From Tubiluchus corallicola (Eukaryota > Animalia > Priapulida): 42,711 nucleotides of DNA. The first letter of the stretch is position 1; each line of letters begins with the position of its first letter. Under the pieces are notes generated by a model, which saw nothing but the letters and a program-made list of their open reading frames with translations, was not told the DNA's origin and did not search any database. This document shows, one piece after another, positions 11,333 through 22,372 of this stretch. Both the position numbers and the translations under genes were made by a program. The stretch is from assembly GCA_030141605.1 (NCBI GenBank), contig JAQGDQ010001397.1, forward strand, positions 1 to 42,711, given 5' to 3'.

Positions 11333-12001
11333 CCGTATATACTCGCATATAAGCCTACATCGCATATAAGCCGACCCCCTAAAACTAATTTAAAATGACC
11401 AGTTTTTGCAAAAACCCGTATATAAGCCGACCATCAACTTGTCTAATTTTACTCCATACCCAATCAACAAAATTGATCCCTTTTTGTCACATTTTGTTAA
11501 TTGGGTATTTTTGGTTCATAGAAATTTTTTACTATAAAGATGTAAAATGCTTACTTTTATGTTACATACTAGAAGAAATTTTTGATATGAATAAAGAAGA
11601 AAATATTTTGTTTTCTATTTATTCACAAAAAATTATAACATTTCAGCGGCCTTTATCACTTGTAGCTTGAAGTCAGCAGTATAGGACATACGTTTTCTTT
11701 TTTCTCCAGGCATGGTGAGGTGCTCACGTTTGCCTCATTGGTTTGCTGTACCTCTATAAGCCACGTGACCCTCGTCTCCCCACGCGCTGCCTACCAATTG
11801 GCTGATGACGTCGGCTTCACCACTAGCTGTAGCTTGGCCCGCAACTGGTGACACACAGTGGTGTATTGCTAAATAAAAAGTAGGTGGACGGCTAGTGTCT
11901 GTCCTTGTGTTCATTTTGTTTCATGCGCATATAAGCCGACCCCCTGATTTCAGTATTGTATTTTATAGTTCTAAATTTGGCTTATATGCGAGTATATACG
12001 G
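11333..12001. mobile_element. Non-autonomous Tc1/mariner (Tc2/pogo-like) element
   Basis: Perfect 23-bp TIR ccgtatatactcgcatataagcc / ggcttatatgcgagtatatacgg, TA TSD, and subterminal cgcatataagccgacccc repeats. Confidence 0.9.
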
Positions 12002-12115
12002 TAATATGCTCGTGTAAATTTTGCAAACAAAACAGGCAGAATAGTTTTTTATTACTGCTGTGTTACAGTTTGCAGTGGTTACTTCGTGTATATAATTTTG
12101 TGTGTTTTAAACCAG

Positions 12116-12220
12116 AATCGTACAGTGTTTCTGCTGGTGGCTTGTTGAAGATTGGACAAGGTTACACAGCAATCACTGATGTCATAATGACCACGTACTT
12201 GCTATCAACAGCTGAAATTG
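12116..12220 (+). CDS. Pentraxin E4-like exon lacking the Ca-binding loop
   Basis: accag/gtacaa boundaries, phase 1-1. SYSVSAGGLLKIGQGYTAITDVIMTTYLLSTAEI. Confidence 0.7.
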
Positions 12221-12503
12221 GTACAAGTTTTTATTTTTCAAAGCTTTTTTTAACTGTACTAATTGCATGGACATTAAAGAAGCAACAAAAACCCTATCTA
12301 TACAATTTTTAAGTATGTGACAATGTAAAAAATTAATTTATTTCTATGTTAGCACAACCATATTTATGTAACACATTGCTTATTTACAGAAAATGTAGTT
12401 TTATTGTGCTCACACTACCAGCTTCTTACACTTCACTTAGAAGATGCGTGAGTTCAGCTCAGCAGAAAGTATAATTGGACAAAAATGTGTTTTTCAATTT
12501 TAG

Positions 12504-12670
12504 CTGACTTGTCTAAAACTTGGGTATAGGGCAATCTGATTAGTTGGAGCAAACCTTTCATCAAATTGGTTGGTTCTGCAACCATCGTTACTCCCAGCAC
12601 TTGTCCAGTTGAGGGAGCTAATGCACGACTGTGCCTTGAATCCACATTAACAAAAACAGAGGCAATTAGA
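12504..12670 (+). pseudogene. Pentraxin E5-like exon with in-frame TAG
   Basis: ttttag acceptor. DLSKTWV*GNLISWSKPFIKLVGSATIVTPSTCPVEGANARLCLE, stop at 12527-12529. The 3' end is approximate. Confidence 0.75.
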
Positions 12671-12915
12671 GGCAATCAGTGGCAATTAAATGCGTAGATC
12701 CAGCTTCTCGTGACTCTCGTTGGGCAATTTCACATGTAGCACTTTTACAGCATGCAGACCAAACAACTGATCATGCGCATATCTACAAAAGCAGTTTTCC
12801 AGGAGTGCGATTGATCGACTGACTGACTGACTGCTTCAATATATGACTTACTGACTAGCTTATTGACTTACAAATGTACACACTATGTCACTTTTTTGTT
12901 GACCGACTGACTGAA

Positions 12916-12933
12916 TTATTATTAGTATTATTA

Positions 12934-13003
<70 letters not shown>
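12916..13003 (+). repeat. (TTA)n(TCA)n microsatellite
   Basis: Directly visible. Confidence 0.9.
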
Positions 13004-13004
<1 letters not shown>

Positions 13005-13082
13005 TCCTATATGCAAAACATGTAGAATGTTCATGCACAAAATGCTTTTGAGGGTTTTTATAATCATTTATATGATTTACAG

Positions 13083-13195
13083 AACAATAGAGGGATTTCT
13101 CAACCTTGTGGAAGACGAGAAAGTTTGGCACAATTTGTGCCTCACTTAGAAAGCAATGGGAGACCTGAAAGTGTTCCTTGATGGGGTTTTGTTAG
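13083..13195 (+). pseudogene. Pentraxin E3-like exon, signature Trp mutated to TAG
   Basis: ttacag/gtaagt boundaries, phase 2-1. KVWHNLCLT*KAMGDLKVFLDGVLL. Confidence 0.8.
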
Positions 13196-14060
13196 GTAAG
13201 TGATGAAAAAAATAAGTGAACGTGCTATTTCTTCAACATGAGCTTGACTAGACAACATAGTTTAGATAATATGGCGGATGTCGGGAACGGCTGTTTGCTC
13301 ATTTTTGAAATTGATTTAATCGAAAATTCGGGACAACAAGGCTAGTGCTGAAATTTTGTCCCAAGTTCAAACACCTAATCTTCTTTTCTTACCCAAAATA
13401 AACACTAAATCACTCGTATTGTATCTTTCTACTGGGTCCTATTGTTTAGGTGAAGAAAGAACCCAAGAACAGATGATTAAAAGATATTAAGCAAAATTAG
13501 ATGATATTTACAATGAGATGATTAAGCAGATCTGAATAAAAGTTTTTGATATGAATAAGTGGGTGTTTGAAAATCTTTAGGATTGTAGGCATTTATTCTT
13601 TAGTGGAATGTTATGGGTATAAAGTTAAAATGTTTTTATTAATAAGTTATAGTTATTTGTATGTGTTGTATTTGATAATTATAAAAGTTAATGATTTTAT
13701 TAATTAATAAAATAGTAAAAATAATTGGTGTTAGTAATTTTAATAATAATAAAGTGAATTAATTAATGGTTAATTGGTTAATGGATAATAATTGATTGGA
13801 GTTATGACAGTGAATAATAGTTGAGGTCAAAATAAAATTGACAAAGTGTGTAAATTTGTAAGTCAATAAGCTAGTCATTAAGTCATTTATTGAGGGAGTC
13901 AGTCAGTGAGTCGATGAATTACACTCCTGGGAAACTGATTTTGTAGATATGCGCATGATAAGTTGTGCTGTAACAGTGTTACATATGAAATTGCCCAACG
14001 AGAGTCTCAAACACCAGTGGGATCTGCGCATTTACTCAGCTACAATTTAAATTTACTTAC

Positions 14061-14193
14061 ATGCTAGTTCTCATGTAGTTGTTACATAGAGGTTAAATCA
14101 CCGTCGTTCAATTTCAGGGTCACCGGAAATTGTTTGAGCATAGATGAACGCGTCAGTTGGTCCAAATATGATAGTAGGATGAGGCTTTAACCA
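14061..14193 (-). pseudogene. Pentraxin E2-like exon (paralog b), disrupted
   Basis: Mirror of 10242-10367. WLKPHPTIIFGPTDAFIYAQ...; stops occur before the gtaagt donor. Confidence 0.55.
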
Positions 14194-14969
14194 CTACGAT
14201 AAAATAAAATAGATATTAGCAATAATGTGTCCATTTGTCAACTCATTAACATAAACAACAACATTAGATTATGTATGTTTTAGGGAGACCAGGGAAGCTG
14301 CAGCTTATAGGGGTCGCCCAGTGGGCAGTGTGATGATGTTTAAGTTAGTAAGTAAGTAAGTAAGTAAGTTTGTTAATTTATCACCATTTTTAAAATAGCA
14401 AAATACACAACAAAGTGATTTATAAATCTCTGTACAACATACAATAATATTACAAAGTGCAAAAGTGATTATTGATTAGCGGTGAAAGGGTGGGGAAAGA
14501 ACTTTAAGTTATCGAGGTCAGCCACCCTCTCAATAAGACATTTAATAAGACAATTATGACAGTTTATAACTAAAATTTTGTAAACTTTTAAAGCTTGTGG
14601 TTAATATTTTAGTAAAATAAACAGAGATTTTATTGTAATGGTTATTTTTCCTGTTCTGAGGAGTATAGCGCTCTTGTGAGAATGCTAACATCAGTTGATG
14701 ATAATTTGTGATAGACACTTTCACTTCGCTAACAGCTTTACATTCATGGCTGACGTCTTTTGTTCGAAATAAAGTCATTTTTAAAAGTAGAAATACTTCT
14801 TCTTCTTCATTTGACAAACGGAAATAATGCGCTGTTGCCAGACGCAGTCTCACTTTTGAGAGTTCTTGATCGATATATGGATCGCGGATCGGATTGTTTC
14901 TGATTTCAGATCTTATGCTCGATTCAACTGACTCTGTATTTTTATTACAAACATTTATAGTTAAAAATT

Positions 14970-15320
14970 ACACAACTTTATTAAAACTTTTACATTATAA
15001 AAGTTAAAATCATGCCAAACGTTTCGACTGGCTGCTGCTGTCATCATCAGTGGTAAATTTACAAACATACAACCAGTTTATATAGGCAGAGCCTATTATG
15101 CCACTAATTAAGTAGTTAACAGAAGCCAAATAGGTAATAATTAAGCAGACCTGTAGAAAAGAAATTGATATAGTAAGTGTTTGAAAATAAACTTAAAGGA
15201 ATCGAACTGCTTTGTACATTAAGAGAAGGCTTATTAGTGCACATAGGTAAACTTTCTTTTATTAATAAGTCCCTGTTATTTGTATGTCTGTATTTGTTAA
15301 TTAAAAAACGTCCAACACAT
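14970..15320 (-). mobile_element. Penelope-like element 3' remnant (GIY-YIG endonuclease C-terminus plus pLTR)
   Basis: Minus strand reads NNRDLLIKESLPMCTNKPSLNVQSSSIPLSLF (PLE motif L.IKESL.I...KPSLN...S.PL.LF), followed by a hammerhead motif and aataaa. Confidence 0.85.
15015..15053 (-). ncRNA. Minimal type I hammerhead ribozyme
   Basis: cca CTGATGA t gac-agcagcagcca-gtc GAAA cg TT tgg: stem I cca/tgg, stem II gac/gtc, palindromic AACGTT in place of stem III, located in a PLE pLTR. Confidence 0.75.
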
Positions 15321-15380
15321 TTTTAACTCGAGAAATGAGATGCACAAAGAGTTAAAACATCGTTGGCTGTTTATACTCAC

Positions 15381-15517
15381 CATACACGTTGTCAATTCCG
15401 TAACCGGATCGTGCATCTTCGAAAGAAAATATGCACTGGTGAAAAGCAGAAACGGATCAATGGGTATTCCTGACCATCTGAGGTCAAAACCTCCTAAGCT
15501 GTCACAAGGTACGAGCT
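15381..15517 (-). CDS. Pentraxin N-terminal exon E1 (paralog b)
   Basis: ttttacag/gtgagt boundaries. ELVPCDSLGGFDLRWSGIPIDPFLLFTSAYFLSKMHDPVTELTTCM, open frame. Confidence 0.75.
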
Positions 15518-16909
15518 CTGTAAAAAGATATCGTAAAATAAATAGGGGACAATCTGGGGGGATGAAATTTTAATTTATTAATTAATAAAATAATCATCTT
15601 GATAGTGTTAGTAATGATCACAGTTTATATTTTACAGTATTATTTAATCACATTGTGCTTATTAATGCATATTTAGACATATCTATATAATGTTTACACC
15701 TTCTGTGTAAGGTAGATTATTTTTCGTATATATTGGACCAATATGTAAAAATTTTAATAGAACATCTTTTGCAAAAGCTTGATTACAGCAAAACCGGACC
15801 CAGTCTGAAACTGTAGGCCAAAACAAAACAAAGTCTTTAAAATATAGAAAGGAAACACTATTTTTTCAAGAATGACTAACGTGAAAGAATTATTACCACA
15901 TAAACAAATTTCGCACCAACTTGCGCGCATTTCACCCCTCGCTAATTAGACGATTTTTTGCGCCTGCCTCTTGGAAATGCATTAAACAAAAAATGGATGC
16001 TGTGCTTCCCTGTTAAGATGTGTTAGTTTGTATGACTACACATTTGACAGCTCATGCATGAGCACAGAGGTAAATTTGGAAAATGATTTTATCTTAAAAC
16101 TTGCCTAGTTTTAGTATCACAAACTGAACATCTTACAGTAGCACTGTACTTTTGCTTTTACAAACATGTGCAACAAGCTCATGGAAATTTTTTGCTGTTG
16201 AAAATGATGTTAGTTTGTGACGTCATCAATAGTTGGGCTGGCATGTCATTAATTAAGATCTTAATGAATTATTTAAATTATCAGAAATGCTTTTGCAATA
16301 TTAATTGTGTTAAAATGCATACTTTTTATTGGATTTGGAAATGGGCTAGTATATGAAAAATTATCCTGTCTTCCTTTAATATCCAGAAGATCTTATTCCA
16401 GGCAGCAGTTTTGATGCAGAGATTTAGATTCTTCAGGGAACCCAATACATACCCGGCCCTCCATTAATTCAGCAGTAAAATGTCTTGGCACTGGAACTCA
16501 TCTTATTATGGCTGGCTTGAAGGCTCTAATTATGACACTTATGAAGCATCGTAAGATGTAATTCATCCCTGATAATTTAGGAAAATCTCCTTGGACTTAC
16601 TATTCACCCGACTGTCTCCCCGCAGGTTTTAGGGTGCTTTAGTTAAGCAGACGACCCTTTTGACCAATGGCACAGTAGCATTAGAATCATTAGAATCAGC
16701 AGAAGCGTGCAATACAAGTCGTTCACTACTATTATACTGCGAAATCATATCTTCTATTTTAGTCAGTTAGAATGCAATTTTTTTCTAATATTGGACAAAA
16801 AATGCTTCGTGGGGGAAGTAGGTTTCTCCCCCTCTCTCGTTGTCTGCAAAAAAGAAGGTGTTACTTGTAATCAATTAGGGCCTGTCTCATTAAGACATAT
16901 TTTTCTTAC

Positions 16910-17020
16910 CGTTTTCTAATGTCTCATGAGCTTCCCTGACCTTAGAAGGTTAAGAAGCGCAAAATTGTCAGAGTATTGACCATCAGTTCCAGTACTTAAT
17001 ATCAGCAGAAGCGTCAGAAC
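16910..17020 (-). pseudogene. Mirror copy of the possible signal-peptide exon
   Basis: Reverse complement of 7431-7541. Confidence 0.35.
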
Positions 17021-17361
17021 CTGAAAATATTAATGATTTAGCAAGAGGCCAAAATTAATATGATATGATTATGATATTATAAGTACAACTACACATTTTA
17101 CAAAATGTAGTTACGAATATTTGAAAAAGAAGCATAAAGACATCTATTTTATTTTATTTTTATTTATTTATTTATTTATTTATAATACAAATAAAGCTAG
17201 ATTTGTTCAGCATACCTCAAACAATTCAAATCAGTTTTGCAGAGGGTTACCCAAGCTAGCTTTGTTCAGCATACACATGACATTTCAAAACTTTTTAGTC
17301 ATGAAACGCTAAGACTATTCTTTTACCAATCGTAACATTAACATTTTCTGGCATTGTGCAG

Positions 17362-17543
17362 TTTTGCCCTATTGGATACGAAGCGCATCTGGGATTCTGC
17401 TACAAATTTCACGGGTCACCTGAGAGCCATTTAGCTGCTCATGGTATCTGCGCCTCCGAAGGTGGAACACTGGCTAAGATTGACACTGATTGCAAGAGGG
17501 ACTCTCTGTCAAAATTGATTCGTCCGGAGCCTGAATCAGAAAG
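17362..17543 (+). CDS. C-type lectin exon (copy 3, fold-back)
   Basis: Identical translation and splice sites to 6410-6591. Confidence 0.8.
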
Positions 17544-17705
17544 GTAAATTAATGTCTGTCCTGTGTTATCTTTCTTACAAGTGGCTGAGGATGTGTTTAT
17601 CTTTTGCTGAAAGCAAGGGAGAAAAACGAAGAAGGAATGGAAAGAGACACAGAAAGGAGGGTGTAAATGCAAGGGGAAGGGGAAAAAAGTGCAAGTGTGA
17701 CAGAG

Positions 17706-17894
<189 letters not shown>

Positions 17895-17958
17895 AGGGAT
17901 GTGTTATACATCCTCAGCCACTTGTAAGAAAGATAACACAGGACAGACATTAATTTAC

Positions 17959-18140
17959 CTTTCTGATTCAGGCTCCGGACGAATCAATTTTGACAGAGAG
18001 TCCCTCTTGCAATCAGTGTCAATCTTAGCCAGTGTTCCACCTTCGGAGGCGCAGATACCATGAGCAGCTAAATGGCTCTCAGGTGACCCGTGAAATTTGT
18101 AGCAGAATCCCAGATGCGCTTCGTATCCAATAGGGCAAAA
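17959..18140 (-). CDS. C-type lectin exon (copy 4), collinear with the upstream pentraxin exons
   Basis: Its phase-0 acceptor matches the phase-0 donor of 21488-21316 (EAG|FCP). Confidence 0.85.
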
Positions 18141-18224
18141 CTGCACAATGCCAGAAAATGTTAATGTTACGATTGGTAAAAGAATAGTCTTAGCGTTTCA
18201 TGACTAAAAAGTTTTGAAATGTCA

Positions 18225-19217
18225 TGTGTATGCTGAACAAAGCTAGCTTGGGTAACCCTCTGCAAAACTGATTTGAATTGTTTGAGGTATGCTGAACAAA
18301 TCTAGCTTCGGTAACCCTCTGCAAAGCTGTTTTGAATTGTCTTGGGTGTACTGAACAAAGCTAGCTTGGGTAACCCTCTGCAAAACTGATTTGAATTGTT
18401 TGAGGTATGCCGAACAAATCTAGCTTGGGTAACCCTCTGCAAAGCTGTTTTGAATTGTTCGAGGTATATTGAACTAATCTAGCTTGGGTAACCCTCTGCA
18501 AAACTGATTTGAATTGTCTGAGGTATGCTGAACAAAGCTGGCTTGGGTAACCCTCCGCAAAACTGATTTGAATTGTTTGAGGTATGCTGAACAAAATCTA
18601 GCTTGGGTAACCCTCTGCAAAACTGATTTGAATTGTTTGAGGTAAGCTGAACAAAAGCTAGCTTGGGTAACCCTCTGCAAAACTGATTTGAATTGTCTGA
18701 GGTATGCTGAACAAAGCTAGCTTGGGTAACCCTCTGCAAAACTGATTTGAATTGTCTGAGGTATGCTGAACAAAGCTAGCTTGGGTAACCCTCTGCAATG
18801 CTGATTTGAATTGTCTGAGGTATACTGAACAAAAGCTAGCTTGGGTAACCCTCTGCAAAACTGATTTGAATTGTTTGAGGTATGCTGAACAAAAGCTAGC
18901 TTGGGTAACCCTCTGCAAAACTGATTTGAATTGTTTGAGGTATGCTGAACAAAAGCTAGCTTGGGTAACCCTCTGCAAAGCTGTTATGAATTGTCCTAGG
19001 TATACAGAATAAACCTAGCTTGGGTAACCCTCTGCAAAGCTGTTTTGAATTGTTTGAGGTATGCTGAACAAAGCTAGCTTGGGTAACCCTCTGCAATGCT
19101 GATTTGAATTGTCCTAGGTATACAGAATAAACCTAGCTTGGGTAATCCTCTGCAAAGCTGTTTTGAATTGTCTGAGGTATACTGAACAAAGCTAGCTTGG
19201 GTGATCCCCTGCAAAAT
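18225..19217 (-). repeat. 59/60-bp tandem repeat, mirror copy
   Basis: Reverse complement of 5333-6325 with the same order of unit variants. Confidence 0.95.
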
Positions 19218-19743
19218 GTCAACAATTTTTGTAGATGGTAAAGTTTGTAGATCGAATCCTTAATTTTTATAAAAGTGTGAAGTTTTAGGCTTAATTGGTT
19301 TTCAAAAATTGTTCAATTGAATGCTTTGTTCAAGTCGAAAAATTATGATTAGACGCAAAATTCATTCAATTTGACCTTTGACCTAAAGTGTGTTAATTTT
19401 TATCAAATTCATAAGTCACAGTGACTTAACAACAGCTCACAGATAAGATAAACTATGGATATATTTTTAGTGTAACAATTCAAGTAATTTCATATCCATT
19501 TTACTAGGATTTGAGCATTTTTGAAATTTGGCTCCCATTAACGAACAATAGTGAGTGTCAGGGAACATTAGGATTGCTCCTCTACTAGATTATGCACTTG
19601 TCATTGTGACAACAGCTTTCTTAAAGGGATGGTTCTTTAAAGTAAAAAAGACCAGAGAAGACTAGAGTAAAAATAGAGAAAAAGTCTTAATGTTATCATT
19701 AGCTGGATAAAGTAGAGCGTGCTAGCATTTTATGTAGCACTAT

Positions 19744-20125
19744 TAAGCCTTTTCACAGTTCCAGTGAATGATAATGATCGTGAAGAGTTCAGAGGCTAAG
19801 TGTACTAGACAACGCATTTGTGTACACTTGACAACGCCTCGCAGCCTATGGTGTTGTAATAGTAACAGTTTTAACAGCTAGCTAGAAAATTGCCTAGTTC
19901 ATTTTTTCTTGTTCCCAAGCAAGATACTGCTAGTAATCACTCTTCGCACAGACTAATGCATAGTTAAGTAAAGTCCACGTAAAACAACTGAAGTTACTGA
20001 ATTGATGCAGCAGACGGCATTGCTTTACCCACACGTCACGTGACATTTGTAGTAAAGATGCATTGCTGCGGTACACCTTACCTTGACGTACAGCAACTGT
20101 GCGTGCACATCAGTGAAAAGGCTTA
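19744..20125. mobile_element. Putative MITE, mirror copy
   Basis: Mirror of 4425-4806. Confidence 0.4.
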
Positions 20126-20870
20126 TTACAGTACTCATGCACATTCAAATTCAATGCATAATGCATTCTTAGCACATCTATGCACATAGCAAAATGCTGT
20201 GATTATGATTTTAAGAATGACGTGAAAGTAAACCAACATCAATTTCTGTTTCTAGTTTGTGTAACATCTCACAAAACTACAAGAGGTTACGATACAGTCA
20301 TTTTAATTTTGTAGCTTCTACTGAACTATTAATTGCTTAACAAATATTGCTGGAAGTTTGTGACACAATGTTTCCATCTCGGTATTTTACTATTTTCTGA
20401 TAACGTGAAACCTTTCTGACAATATTATTGCTAAAAACTGAGTGCTGCCTCACTACTAGCTTTTCTAATAAAGCTGAGACAAAAAAGGTTGGTTACATGC
20501 CATGATTTACCATACTTACAGCTATTGGCCAAGAATCAGAGCAACAACTTCTGAAATGTTCTGTGAAGTGTTTAGAGCATTGTATAGCAATCCCCGCTGC
20601 TTACTCACAAAAAACAAATTTTTGTCCAATAAAAATGGCCAGTTAGATCCACGATTTTGCGAAATGGTTTGAGAAATTTTTTGATTTTCATTAGGAGTTA
20701 TGTTAATTTTACTCCTAGACTTTTTAAGAGCTGGCGCCTGTCTTCACAGAGTTTTGGCTCAGCTTAATAATAATTACAAATTGCAAGAAAGTCAATGCTG
20801 GGCCTCGATTTGAACTGGTGCCCACGGGATGAATGTAATGACAAGTGATCTTGTGAATTTCTGTAAAATA

Positions 20871-21156
20871 TAGTAAGTCCCTGCTTAACGACTTCCCGTT
20901 TAGCAAATTTTCGTTTTAATGATGCTGAACATTTGACACCTTTTAAGAAAGCAGAAAGAAATTAATTAGCAGAACCCATAACGAAACTCATAAAATGTTT
21001 AATTTATATGATTTAAACAGCATTGATTTTTGCCTCAGAAACGTATCTGAATTTTTTTGCGTTTTTTTCTATGAAGTTTTGGTTTCACTTAACGACATTT
21101 CGCTTAACGTCGTGTTTTGCTGAAACGTATTAGCATCGTTAAGCGAGGACTTACTG
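20871..21156. mobile_element. Tc1/mariner-type MITE, mirror copy
   Basis: Mirror of 3394-3679. Confidence 0.75.
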
Positions 21157-21315
21157 TATGTGTTTATTTATTTATTTATATTTTTCAACTTTAAGAAATG
21201 TAAGCCCTGAAAACCAGAAACACTATCAATGTTACGAACATGTAATGAATTTATGTTGCTGCTATCAAAAACATCATTTGGAAATATACACTACAAAATT
21301 ATTGATTTTAATTAC

Positions 21316-21488
21316 CCCGGCTTCTGCTTGCATTACAGGAGGGTCAAGACACAACTGTTCACTTGTTTCTTCCACAGGACAATCAATCGGAGTGACCACA
21401 GTTGAAGAACCGTACAATATGATAAGATCTCTTCTCCAACTGATTAAATTTCCTTTGTAGCCACTGTGACAAGTATGGGCCAATTCAG
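21316..21488 (-). CDS. Pentraxin exon E5 plus Cys linker
   Basis: Same as 82-254, phase 1-0. Confidence 0.8.
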
Positions 21489-21601
21489 CTGAATATAAAA
21501 TAATAAAAAGTGCACTAAATGCTCTATGAATAAGATAAGGTAAGAGAGTGTGAGGTGACGTAATGTCATTTGAGATGAGGTGAGGTAATGAGACGTGACA
21601 A

Positions 21602-22372
21602 ATTAGCAGGACTGGGTGAAACAGGACAAGGTAAAACATGATAGGACAGTGCAAAACAGGGCAGGACAGAGCATAATAGGACAGGGTAGAACAGGGCAGG
21701 ACAGAGCATGATAGGACAGGGTAGAACAGGGCAGGACAGAGCATGATAAGACTAGGTAGAACAGAGCAGAACTGAGCATGATATGACAAGGTAGAACAGG
21801 GCAGGATAGGATATGATAGAACAGGGTAGAACAGGGCAGGACAGAGCATGATAGGGCAGGGTAGAACAGGGCTGGACTGAGCATGATAGGACAGGATAGA
21901 ACAGGGCAGAACAGAGCATGACAGAGACCTGAACAGGACATAATAGTACAGGGTAGAATGGGGCAGAACTGAGGATGATAGGTCAGGGTAAAGCAGGGCA
22001 GAACAGAGCATGTTAGAACAGCGTAGAACAGGGCAGGACAGAGCATGATAGGGGAGGGTAGAACAGACCTGAACAGGACGTAATAATACAGGGTAGAACA
22101 CTGCAGAACTGAGCATGATAGGACAGGGTAGAACAGGGCTGGACAGGACATGATAGGACAGGGTAGCACTGATCATGATTGGACAGGGTAGAACAGGGCA
22201 GAACAGAGCATGATAGTATGGGGCAGAACAGGGCAGAACAAAGCATTGTGGAACAGGACAGAACAGGGTTTGACAGGACATGATAGGACAGGTTAGAACA
22301 GGGCAGGACAGGGCATGATAGAACAAGAGAGTAAAGAGTAGAACAGGGCAGAGTAAAGTGGGATAGGACAAC
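21602..22372 (+). repeat. 35-bp minisatellite, shorter copy
   Basis: Same unit as 368-1428 with fewer units. Confidence 0.95.
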
